Of a stretch of DNA of 64,000 nt, positions 10,776-19,361 are shown in pieces. A program made the position numbers and the translations under genes. Every line of letters begins with the position of its first letter. Position 1 is the stretch's first letter. The stretch covers positions 11,029-75,028 of the forward strand of contig JAJXXC010000006.1 of the NCBI GenBank assembly GCA_021781215.1, written 5' to 3'. The stretch comes from a bacterium. Its GTDB lineage: Bacteria > Patescibacteriota > Saccharimonadia > Saccharimonadales > DATKHC01. The notes under the pieces were generated by a model. The model worked only from the letters and a program-made list of their open reading frames with translations. It made no database searches and was not told the DNA's origin.

Positions 10776-10850
<75 letters not shown>

Positions 10851-10952
10851 TCGGAGAGTTACAGATGAGATTTTATTATAAAATACCTAGACTAAAGATT
10901 TGTGGCCAAATCTCATCTGTTAAATAGTTTGATTCTATTCAATGATAGATTG

Positions 10953-11261
10953 CTAAAGGATTCTGTCTAGGTCTCTGCGTCCGTATAGCATACGCCTAAT
11001 TATCATGACATTATCTATGACAACATAGAATATTAGGTAATTGCCTACAAGAATTCTGCGGTATGGGTATGGTCGGTTGTCTAGTGACTGGTAGGGTGCT
11101 ACGCTCAGTGGATTACTGAGACGTTTTTTAATGGCAGCTTCAGCATTATTAACAAGTGTTTTTGCCGCTAAATTGTTTTTAAGCTCAAATAATAGATAAT
11201 CTGTAATATTATCTAAATCTTCATAGAAAAGTGGAGAGTAACGAAGCTCAAAGTTAGCCAT
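10953..11261 (-). CDS. RelE/ParE-family type II toxin
   Basis: 102 aa with family-typical pattern (YSPLFYEDLDNITDYL...YLIFYVV..NVMIIRRMLYGRRD); overlaps the upstream antitoxin by 8 nt. Confidence 0.65.
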   Translation of the reverse strand: MANFELRYSPLFYEDLDNITDYLLFELKNNLAAKTLVNNAEAAIKKRLSNPLSVAPYQSLDNRPYPYRRILVGNYLIFYVVIDNVMIIRRMLYGRRDLDRIL

Positions 11262-11520
11262 TTATTTTTGCATTAATTTTAGAGAATACATCATCATGCG
11301 TTAGGTTTTCGGCGTGACTATTTGCGTAAATATCAGCTTCGTCAAGAGCACGCTCAATATAATCAAGATGAGATAGTTTACTAAATTTATCAAAACTCAT
11401 GGTCACCATAGAAGCTCTTCCGTTCGTAGTAAAGATAACAGGCTTATTTTTACCACTAACTTCTTGCTCCACTTCTGTAAAGTGATTTCTTAAATCAGAT
11501 ATGGGTCTAATAGTTAACAT
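11254..11520 (-). CDS. Phd/YefM-family antitoxin
   Basis: MLTIRPISDLRNHFTEVEQEV..KPVIFTTNGRASMVTMSFDKF; start moved to the internal ATG at 11520. Confidence 0.7.
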   Translation of the reverse strand: MLTIRPISDLRNHFTEVEQEVSGKNKPVIFTTNGRASMVTMSFDKFSKLSHLDYIERALDEADIYANSHAENLTHDDVFSKINAKING

Positions 11521-11639
11521 AATATATATCCTTTTATAGTTATCATAATTATGATAACACATAATTCAAGATTTGTTTATTTCTTAATGTCTTATTACAT
11601 CTAATAATTTCTCTGACCAAAATCTTATAAACTGATTAA

Positions 11640-11744
11640 TCTAGGTCACCAATTCCCGTAACAGAAGACGAGATTGATGCATGGGAAGAGATTACTTTCA
11701 TTCCAACACACGATTGGCTTGAAAGTAAAAGCATCAAACAGTAG
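11640..11744 (+). pseudogene. start-less C-terminal gene remnant
   Basis: Open frame SRSPIPVTEDEIDAWEEITFIPTHDWLESKSIKQ* with no start codon; begins at a GGTCACCA copy of the tRNA-Glu 3' end. Confidence 0.3.
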
Positions 11745-11767
11745 CGTTAAGACTTATCCAATTTACG

Positions 11768-11858
11768 CTAACTAATACCTCGTACCACCTGAGTAACTCG
11801 GAACAAATAACATTCCAATTCGAGTGGAGCGGGGTCACTATACTCACATGTGCGCCAT
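11768..11858 (+). repeat. cassette-boundary repeat, tRNA-Glu subfamily (left of vapBC)
   Basis: About 80% identical to 12610..12696; contains GGGGTCACTA, which resembles the tRNA-Glu 3' end GGGGTCACCA. Confidence 0.75.
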
Positions 11859-11868
11859 ATATAAGTAC

Positions 11869-11897
11869 TTGACAAATAGTGCCTACATGCCTACACT
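11869..11897 (+). promoter_or_regulatory. putative sigma70-type promoter of vapBC (leaderless geometry)
   Basis: TTGACA-17 nt-TACACT; the -10 box ends 6 nt before the ATG at 11904. Confidence 0.45.
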
Positions 11898-11903
11898 AAG
11901 AGT

Positions 11904-12179
11904 ATGTCAACTATTCAATATACAATTCGTGGGGTTCCACCTGAGATTGATGCTAGGCTTCGTCGTTTAGCTCGCTTAAAAAACCGTAGCCTTAATCAGG
12001 TTGTTCTTGAACAACTGTCTTCTAATAAGTTAATTTTGCCTAAAAGGTCAACTAATATTGTTAAATCTAAGGTCAATACAGATTTTGATGATTTATTTGG
12101 CAGTATTACACCTCTTGAACCAGAAGTAGAAGCAGCTCTAATCTCTCAGCGAGTGGTGAATCCTAAAGATTGGCAATAA
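11904..12179 (+). CDS. vapB: ribbon-helix-helix antitoxin (VapB/FitA-like)
   Basis: N-terminal YTIRGVPPEIDARLRRLARLKNRSLNQVVLEQL; stop lies 1 nt before the PIN gene. Confidence 0.6.
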   Translation: MSTIQYTIRGVPPEIDARLRRLARLKNRSLNQVVLEQLSSNKLILPKRSTNIVKSKVNTDFDDLFGSITPLEPEVEAALISQRVVNPKDWQ

Positions 12180-12180
12180 T

Positions 12181-12573
12181 ATGGACTTCGACCTACTGGT
12201 CTTGGACACAAATTACTATTCAGCCTTGGCGAAAAAAGACATTAGTGTTAATTCACTTATCCGAAATTCAGAAGAAATTGCTTTACCTCATACAGTAATC
12301 GGTGAGTTACTTGGAGGTTTTCGTTATGGAAGCCAATTTGATAAAAACTATAACGATTTAAAACGACTTCTAGCAAAGCCAACATGCAGAGTACTCATGC
12401 CATCCATAGAAACAGCAAATATATATGGTCGACTATATGCTGATCTTAAGAGGCGTGGAAAAATGATTCCTATGAATGATATTTGGATAGCAGCTCTAAC
12501 TATTGAGTACGAAGGAACACTAGCTACGTATGACAAAGATTTCACCGCCATCCAAGGCATTAAGCTTGTTTAG
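12181..12573 (+). CDS. vapC: PIN-domain toxin VapC
   Basis: LVLDTNYY (first acidic residue), mid E/D residues and C-terminal TYDKDF; 130 aa. Confidence 0.8.
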   Translation: MDFDLLVLDTNYYSALAKKDISVNSLIRNSEEIALPHTVIGELLGGFRYGSQFDKNYNDLKRLLAKPTCRVLMPSIETANIYGRLYADLKRRGKMIPMNDIWIAALTIEYEGTLATYDKDFTAIQGIKLV

Positions 12574-12609
12574 CGGCTTTAATAGAAGATAGATTTAGCC
12601 AATCTTTTT

Positions 12610-12696
12610 CGATTAATACTTGGTACCATCTAAGTATTTCAGAACAAATAACCTTCCAATTCGAGTGTAGCGGGGCCACCAGTATACTTATGCCAT
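12610..12696 (+). repeat. cassette-boundary repeat, tRNA-Glu subfamily (right of vapBC)
   Basis: Direct repeat of 11768..11858; contains GGGGCCACCA. Confidence 0.75.
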
Positions 12697-12852
12697 TTCG
12701 ATATATTCTTAATAGACATATAAAAATCTTAGATTTATATTAATGTTTAACCATTAAATGAACGTTTTAACTTCAGTCTATTAATTGACATAAGTTTAAA
12801 TTAGCTATAATCTTAAGCTTAGAAAAATCCATAAAAACAAAAAGGAATATAT

Positions 12853-13563
12853 ATGAATGAACAGAATCTTAACCCTGGAGCTATACCGGCATCAGGTCTT
12901 AGTGAGGAAGATAACCAGAAAGTAAAAGATATTTATTCGCAGCATGGTAGAGCGTCGAGTGATCTAGGATTGGCACAAGATGTTCAGGCGAAAGTGGTAG
13001 CACATGAAGCTGAAATAAATGACCCTGAGCCCGCAAATGGAATCGATCCTAGTAGTGGCGAATACAGAAAACTTGAGCGATGGGAAAGAGACAATAGTTC
13101 GCTACCCAATATGCCTGATTCTACAGGCGCACAGGGAATAGTTGATAACGCTCAAGATAGCTATGACCTATCAGTAATTCGTGGACAAAAGCATTTCGAA
13201 CAACATATGCCCGAATATGTTGAACAAGCAAAAATTGATGCAGCAGCTGAGGGTATATCGATAAATTCTAATGCTCATGAAGAACTTTTAACCCCTAGTG
13301 CACTAGAAGCACAGCTCGGATTGGAACATCTAGACGATATTGAACTTCGATTAAATAGAGCAGAAGCACTTCTTGCAGCATTGCTTCAAGAGTGCCAGCA
13401 AGTACCAAATACATTCACAGTATACGGCAAGAAGACCATGGAGATATCAATCGAGAAAGTAGATAAGGTTTTAGACCAATTTAGAAGTAAAAAAACGATG
13501 GATGACCGAAATATAATTGTATCTGAGATGCGCAATCAGGCATATGATGAAGCATCGAATTAA
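12853..13563 (+). CDS. hypothetical acidic protein
   Basis: 236-aa ORF, no recognised motif. Confidence 0.45.
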   Translation: MNEQNLNPGAIPASGLSEEDNQKVKDIYSQHGRASSDLGLAQDVQAKVVAHEAEINDPEPANGIDPSSGEYRKLERWERDNSSLPNMPDSTGAQGIVDNAQDSYDLSVIRGQKHFEQHMPEYVEQAKIDAAAEGISINSNAHEELLTPSALEAQLGLEHLDDIELRLNRAEALLAALLQECQQVPNTFTVYGKKTMEISIEKVDKVLDQFRSKKTMDDRNIIVSEMRNQAYDEASN

Positions 13564-13762
13564 TAGCTCAACAACAAACTAACAATTAAGCTTCACTTGA
13601 CGTTAGAAGTTTGCTTAATGGATATAGCTATTTCAATAAGCAATGCCACTCATTAATTTCTGTACAGATATTGTTTCGGTTCGAACTGAGGTGGTTCAGT
13701 ATTACACATACGTTTAATGCAGACGTATTAAGAATTACAAAATACATGCTATAGTATGCATC

Positions 13763-14248
13763 ATGAGAAAATTTGAGCAATCTAAAAAACTTGTTGCATC
13801 TGGTCTAGCCTTAACTTTTGGAACATTTATTATGAGCGGAATTGACATTAATAGTTCGGCTGCTACTAAAAATATAGCTAAAACAGAGATTCAATCTACA
13901 GAACACTTGAAATCAAAACTAGAAGTTTGTAGCCAAGCATATAAATCATTATGGAAACCTAATGACCAGTTTATCCTTGGCTTATCGTATCTTGCCCTAC
14001 TAGCCAAACAACTTGGAGTAACGGTTCAAACTCTAGAAACTGGTGAGTTTGGAACAGCTGTTTGTACCCCTGGTTTTAGCTCAAATGTTGTAAACGAAGA
14101 TAAAATAGTTGAAGTTAAAAATGTGAGTGGTGAATGTCTAGTTTTTGGTTATGAGCCAAAAAAACTCCCTACTAAGCCTAACGCTTTATATAATGATTTA
14201 GCCGTAACCTGTGTAATTACTCCTAAGCCAATAGTCATTACAAGTTAA
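13763..14248 (+). CDS. secreted hypothetical protein
   Basis: Sec-type N-terminal signal (KKLVASGLALTFGTFIMSG..SSAA). Confidence 0.5.
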   Translation: MRKFEQSKKLVASGLALTFGTFIMSGIDINSSAATKNIAKTEIQSTEHLKSKLEVCSQAYKSLWKPNDQFILGLSYLALLAKQLGVTVQTLETGEFGTAVCTPGFSSNVVNEDKIVEVKNVSGECLVFGYEPKKLPTKPNALYNDLAVTCVITPKPIVITS

Positions 14249-14399
14249 ATCTACTTTTTTATATTTGCTTATAAGAGATAATCTCTCTAATGATCTCCTT
14301 ATCACTTGAATAGGATAAAGTCACCAAATACGCTACGATACCTAAATTATGAGGATAATGACAATACCGATCTGATATTGTTACCAATAGTCATATTTA

Positions 14400-14428
14400 T
14401 TGACAAATCTCTATTCATTGAGATAATT
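14400..14428 (+). promoter_or_regulatory. putative promoter of 14453 ORF
   Basis: TTGACA-17 nt-ATAATT. Confidence 0.4.
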
Positions 14429-14452
14429 AAGGTACTTTAAATCATAAGCTAA

Positions 14453-14677
14453 ATGAACACACAACAAATACAATCTAAAAAATCAATTACTCCGGCGCAG
14501 GCTCTCTTGCAAAAAGAGGTGACTAGAAAAGAGTTTATAGCTACATCTGGACTTGCAATAGTATCGATTCTGGGTTTTTCTACTATTATTCATTTTCTGA
14601 CTGGTCATGGTAATGGACGGCCAATAGTCGCAAGCTCTAAACAAAGTGGCTATGGATCAAGCTCCTACGGTCGATAA
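14453..14677 (+). CDS. small protein with Tat-signal-like RK motif (paralog of 16017..16352)
   Basis: VTRKEFIATSGLAIVSILGFSTIIHFLTG followed by only about 25 further residues. Confidence 0.55.
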   Translation: MNTQQIQSKKSITPAQALLQKEVTRKEFIATSGLAIVSILGFSTIIHFLTGHGNGRPIVASSKQSGYGSSSYGR

Positions 14678-14717
14678 GAATAACTACTGATTTTTCTGCT
14701 ATCTGATGTTTTATGAG

Positions 14718-15695
14718 CTACTCTTGAGATTGATTTAAGCCAGTTTGTGTTTTAAGGGTGCTCGGGATAATGTCCGTGATCAATTGTTTGTTGGCCTTAA
14801 TTTGTCGAGTAACATTAGGGTGAGTACTGGGGGCTAACGTCCGACGTGTCATCGCATTAGTGGTAGTTATTGTTGGTTTTAATGGTGACTTAGGCATAAT
14901 ATTTTGACCTGTTTGTATAAAAATACCATCTTGTTGTTTTAGCTCATGCCTGTTGATAAGCCACAATAACAGAATGGTAAGGTTATACATAAATATAATA
15001 GGCCCAGCTATTATCAGTTGATCAATAATATTAGCAGTAGGCGCCATTAACATTGAAATAATGAATGCTGAAACTATTATGTATCGTTCGGCTTTAAATA
15101 ATTTTCGGGGTGGTAAAGGTTTAATATGATTAATAAACAGTAAGATGATCGGTAGTTGAAACAGCAGCATCGAACCAAGTAAATAGATCGTTAGAAATGA
15201 CATGTATTCCTGAATGGTAAATAACGGATGGATTTGTTTGGTAGTAAACTGATTACTAAGAAAATGTAGTGCAGCGGGCAACCCGATGTAATAGCCAAAA
15301 CAAAAACCGATTATTGCCAGTATCACCGAAAAAAAACTGTAACGAACTATAGAGCGTCTGACGTGGTCTCGGATGAGAGGTCTTAGAAAGGCCAATAATT
15401 GATAGACTATAACTGGTACACTGGCCGCAATACCTACATACAAACAGACCGAGAATAAAAAGTTTATTCCACCTCCTGGTGATGTATATATAAATTGTTG
15501 ATTATTCGAAGGCCTAAGCAAAAAGCTCACAATATGTTGCTGAACTGAATAGGCTACCATAGAAAATAGCATAATTGAGCCCACTACATATATCAGTCGT
15601 TTCCTTAATTCGTACAAATGTTCAATAAAAGGCTTAACGACTTCGTCTAAATGACTTGTCTCAGCCTTTCTTTTCTGGTGTTTCCTTTTTGTCAT
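14718..15695 (-). CDS. tatC: twin-arginine translocase subunit TatC with about 70-aa C-terminal extension
   Basis: FIEHLYELRKRLIYVV N-terminus and six TM helices; overlaps tatA by 35 nt. Confidence 0.85.
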   Translation of the reverse strand: MTKRKHQKRKAETSHLDEVVKPFIEHLYELRKRLIYVVGSIMLFSMVAYSVQQHIVSFLLRPSNNQQFIYTSPGGGINFLFSVCLYVGIAASVPVIVYQLLAFLRPLIRDHVRRSIVRYSFFSVILAIIGFCFGYYIGLPAALHFLSNQFTTKQIHPLFTIQEYMSFLTIYLLGSMLLFQLPIILLFINHIKPLPPRKLFKAERYIIVSAFIISMLMAPTANIIDQLIIAGPIIFMYNLTILLLWLINRHELKQQDGIFIQTGQNIMPKSPLKPTITTTNAMTRRTLAPSTHPNVTRQIKANKQLITDIIPSTLKTQTGLNQSQE

Positions 15696-15870
15696 CAGTT
15701 TTACTTTCGTGTAGGTCGTCAGAAAATCCTTTTCTGAGTTCTCGCACAGAGTTAGATAGATTCTTTGTTAGTTTTGGTAGGTTTTTGCCACCAAACAAAA
15801 CCAAGATAATCGCTAAAATAATAATAAGTTCTGGAGCGCCTAAATCAAGGAATGCAAAATTTGAAAACAT
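15661..15870 (-). CDS. tatA: twin-arginine translocase subunit TatA/E
   Basis: LGAPELIIILAIILVLFGGKNLPKLTKNLSNSVRELRKGF (TM, FG hinge, amphipathic helix). Confidence 0.85.
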   Translation of the reverse strand: MFSNFAFLDLGAPELIIILAIILVLFGGKNLPKLTKNLSNSVRELRKGFSDDLHESKTDDKKETPEKKG

Positions 15871-15948
15871 ATAAACTCCTAATATAAATTGTTATTCAAA
15901 TAATACCATAACTAAAATAGTTTTCTAGTTATAATCTTATTGTCGTCT

Positions 15949-15978
15949 CTTGACTCTTATGCTTTAACATATGTAGAA
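15949..15978 (+). promoter_or_regulatory. putative promoter of the small-ORF/beta-helix module
   Basis: TTGACT-18 nt-TAGAAT; the segment is partly duplicated at 19145-19235. Confidence 0.4.
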
Positions 15979-16016
15979 TAAAAAGCAGTAGAATAAGACG
16001 TGAGATATTATAAGTT

Positions 16017-16352
16017 ATGGGAACAAATCACTCAGAGTACTCCAGCAATGGTTTGAATAGAGGGCTAGGAACGGATACAGCTACCGCTATGTTTGTCAAT
16101 ATTCGACATGTAGAGATGCGGTCAGCTAGTTTAGCGGCTTCGAGCAACCATCTATCAACCCCAATCCAAAACCTTCTTTCAAAACAGGTATCTCGTAAGC
16201 AGTTTTTGTTAATTTTGGGTTTTAGTATTGTTTCGATTCTGGGCTTCTCTAGCATAGTTCATTTTTTTACCGGGAGACGTCCAGGAAATCATATAGCTCA
16301 GAATACATCTAATACCGCATCTAATTATGGACATAAAATACAAAAATCATGA
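16017..16352 (+). CDS. small protein with Tat-signal-like RK motif
   Basis: VSRKQFLLILGFSIVSILGFSSIVHFFTG; paralog of 14453..14677. Confidence 0.55.
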   Translation: MGTNHSEYSSNGLNRGLGTDTATAMFVNIRHVEMRSASLAASSNHLSTPIQNLLSKQVSRKQFLLILGFSIVSILGFSSIVHFFTGRRPGNHIAQNTSNTASNYGHKIQKS

Positions 16353-16419
16353 GACAGATAATATTTGATACTATTGTTGCGCAAGGCGAGATAGAAGTAA
16401 GTGGCTATAGGCATGATCA

Positions 16420-18843
16420 ATGACCCAGCGCTTACCAATACCTGGTGGCGATGATGGTGATTGGGGAGATATTCTTAATGGATATCTTGGTGTATCACTG
16501 TACAGTGACGGCACTCTAAACCCTAATGTAGTATCTGATTCTCAAGTAGCTAGCTCCGCAGCCATTAATCCTACTAAAATCTCTGGTATTGCGGAAGTGC
16601 GGACAAATAAAAATCAACCTAGTGGTTATGCGGGATTAAATAGCTCTGGTTTTGTGCCAGTGGCTCTTATCCCTGATGCTACGACATCTGTCCCGGGTAT
16701 AGTTCAATTAGCGGGTGACTTGGGTGGTAGCGGTACTACTGCTGTCGCGCCAACTTTGGCTAATACTAGTAATGTTCAAAGTGTAGTGAATAGTATTATT
16801 GCTACTAATACTACAGTGGCTGGGGCTTTGCAAAAGACTAATAATCTAAGCGATGTTAATGATCCTGGATATAGTCGAGCAAACCTCCATGTTCCAGTAC
16901 TGACTCCGGCTGCCTGTGTATCCGTAACTAATGTGGCCAGTCTTTCGGGCCTTAACACCTATGATGGGTATACTTTAGTCACAGGAGATACGGTTCTTTT
17001 AGTCGCTCAATCTACAGCATCTCAGAATGGAGTCTGGATAGTTGCTTCGGGTTCTTGGATACGTCCTACAGAATTTGCTTCAGGTTCAACTATTAAGGGT
17101 AGGTCAATCCTAATTACTAATGGTGCTACCTATGGCAACACTCAATGGTCATTAGATGCTCCTACAGCAGGTATAACTATAGACACTACTTCTCAGACTT
17201 GGAATAACCTAAATACTTTAAATGGTAAGTACACATCTGTTTTTGGTGTAGCCGCACCAACTGGAGCAGCTGCTACAGATGCCGTCAATATCCAAACACA
17301 GATTAATAATGCTTCATCTAATGGTGGTGGAATCGTACAGCTCCAAATAGGTACCTATGCTTTATCATCAACCTCGCGTATTGATTCCACTGTAACTTAT
17401 TATTCCGCTACATCAGGGTCTTATCCTGCTGGGTCATGGCAGGACTCTTCTATTACATCAGCTGATGTCGGCTCTTATGTTATCGGAATAGGCATTAATG
17501 GCCGTTCGCCTAAGATTTTAACGGTTGTTACCTCACCTGTTACCTACTTTACTACTGATATTGCTCCAGGTGGAACGATATCCGCTTCGGCTGTAACTAT
17601 AGTTAATCCTGGCATTGTGTTGCCAGATGGTGTCACTCTCCAAGGAATAGCTGCGCCGTCAGGTGATGTAGAAGCAAAAACTGTATCTGGTGGAACAACT
17701 ATCGTAGATAGTGGCACCGGAGTAAGTATCTTCTTGCGCGGTGGAGATAATATCGCTGCCTATTTCGGACGTTCTAAAATCAAAGATTTAGGAATATGGG
17801 GTTCAGCGACCTATGGTTCAGTTGGAAGTACTTTAGCCGGTATTTGGGCAAACAATAACACTTCATTCTTAGAGATATGGGACTGTGACATCTCCGGTCA
17901 TTATCAGTTTGGGCTAGCGCTAGATTACAATATTAATTCACTAGATTGCCATAATACGGGCTTTAGCTACTGTGGTCACGCCAGTGCTACTAGCCCAACA
18001 GGTGGTGTGGGAACTGATGTTTATAACGGGTTTGCTTCAGCCGCAATTAATTTTTACAATTGTTGGGGATATAATCTATGGGGCTGGTTTATTGCTCTTG
18101 GTAGCGGTGGACAGGGATCAATCTGCCTTTATAGTTGCCAATGGAATGGTATTAAAGCAACTTCTGCTTATCTATCTGGTTCGGGTGTTCAGGTATCTGG
18201 GCCAAATTCTGTATTGGTAGATTGTTGGTCTGAAACATGTGCTTCCTATGATGTAATAGTTGGCTATGGTTATTGCACTATTATTGCGAGTACTTTATTT
18301 GGTGGTGGGGTTGGTGCTGTCCAAGTTGCTGGATCGTCAACAATAGTTAATCTTATAGGTATTGCTAGCTCTGGTCACAGTACTGCCGCGGTCGTTAATT
18401 CTAATGCCGGTCACGTGTCATGGATGAACTGTCATATCTCAGATTCTGTATTCCTAAATGGCGTGGCTACACCAACGCAGGCAGGAGGTATTGGAACAAC
18501 TAGTAATCTCGTGAGTGCCGGAACAGTTCCAGTCCCTAATGCCGTAACGGTAACTACCAATGCTGGAACCATCCCAGTTACGTCCAGTATTAATACATTC
18601 ACTAATTCATCGTCTGCAGCTATGAGTATTACTTTGGCTACCTCTGGAGCCGTCCAAGGACAGCAGACGATCGTACAAGTATACGATTATGCAGGCACTA
18701 CCGAGTCAATCACTTGGGTTAATACCGAGAACTCTACTATTAGTGTTCCAACTACATCTAATGGATCAACAACATCGCCACTAACTGTTGAATTCATATT
18801 TAACGCTAAGACTACGAAGTGGCGCTGTATTCGATCGGTTTAG
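16420..18843 (+). CDS. large signal-less tail-fibre/beta-helix-like surface protein
   Basis: N-terminus MTQRLPIPGGDDGDWGDILNGYL is shared with 19358..21376; NNLSDV..SRANL motif; NGGGIVQLQIGTYAL pectate-lyase-3-like segment; G/S/T/N-rich. Confidence 0.6.
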   Translation: MTQRLPIPGGDDGDWGDILNGYLGVSLYSDGTLNPNVVSDSQVASSAAINPTKISGIAEVRTNKNQPSGYAGLNSSGFVPVALIPDATTSVPGIVQLAGDLGGSGTTAVAPTLANTSNVQSVVNSIIATNTTVAGALQKTNNLSDVNDPGYSRANLHVPVLTPAACVSVTNVASLSGLNTYDGYTLVTGDTVLLVAQSTASQNGVWIVASGSWIRPTEFASGSTIKGRSILITNGATYGNTQWSLDAPTAGITIDTTSQTWNNLNTLNGKYTSVFGVAAPTGAAATDAVNIQTQINNASSNGGGIVQLQIGTYALSSTSRIDSTVTYYSATSGSYPAGSWQDSSITSADVGSYVIGIGINGRSPKILTVVTSPVTYFTTDIAPGGTISASAVTIVNPGIVLPDGVTLQGIAAPSGDVEAKTVSGGTTIVDSGTGVSIFLRGGDNIAAYFGRSKIKDLGIWGSATYGSVGSTLAGIWANNNTSFLEIWDCDISGHYQFGLALDYNINSLDCHNTGFSYCGHASATSPTGGVGTDVYNGFASAAINFYNCWGYNLWGWFIALGSGGQGSICLYSCQWNGIKATSAYLSGSGVQVSGPNSVLVDCWSETCASYDVIVGYGYCTIIASTLFGGGVGAVQVAGSSTIVNLIGIASSGHSTAAVVNSNAGHVSWMNCHISDSVFLNGVATPTQAGGIGTTSNLVSAGTVPVPNAVTVTTNAGTIPVTSSINTFTNSSSAAMSITLATSGAVQGQQTIVQVYDYAGTTESITWVNTENSTISVPTTSNGSTTSPLTVEFIFNAKTTKWRCIRSV

Positions 18844-19220
18844 TAGGGTATATAAAATATTGAATGCTTTCCCATTTTCATAGGTAATTGTAATGCGGTA
18901 TATTCTAAGAAGATAACGAATCTAGGCAGCATATTGTTAAAATCGTAACTGAACTATTAACCAGAGTTTTGAGTCTAATCACGTATTGGCAACTGTAGCA
19001 ATTTAGGTATCAATGTATTTTGTTGTATTGATTGAATAGTTTAGGGCTGATCAGATAGAGCAACGAAGAAGATACTGAACCAGTAGTTGTAATCGTAATA
19101 GTATTGTTAGTTGACTAGCTCCGCTATTGCCGCATTTTTATATTCTTATGCTTTATACGTTTGTAAAATAAAAAGTAGTATAATAACGTGTGTAATATCA
19201 AGGTCAGGGAAACAAATAGC

Positions 19221-19361
19221 ATGGTGCACTTTAGTAGCAGTTTTAATTTAGAACTAAAGACAGCCACCGCTATACCCAATAGTAAAAATCTATCGGATTC
19301 TATAGCTTCAGTCATAGCCAGTATTGTAATTAAACTACAGACGCAGAGCATAAAGTCATGA
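19221..19361 (+). CDS. truncated homolog of the 16017 leader ORF (46 aa)
   Basis: Hand translation MVHFSSSFNLELKTATAIPNSKNLSDSIASVIASIVIKLQTQSIKS; ATGA stop/start overlap with 19358. Confidence 0.3.
   Translation: MVHFSSSFNLELKTATAIPNSKNLSDSIASVIASIVIKLQTQSIKS

Noticed and set aside
11521-11562. 14-codon N-terminal extension of the Phd/YefM ORF
   Set aside because: The family-typical N-terminus begins at MLTIRPISDL, and the extension (MCYHNYDNYKRIYI) looks like promoter or AT-rich sequence.
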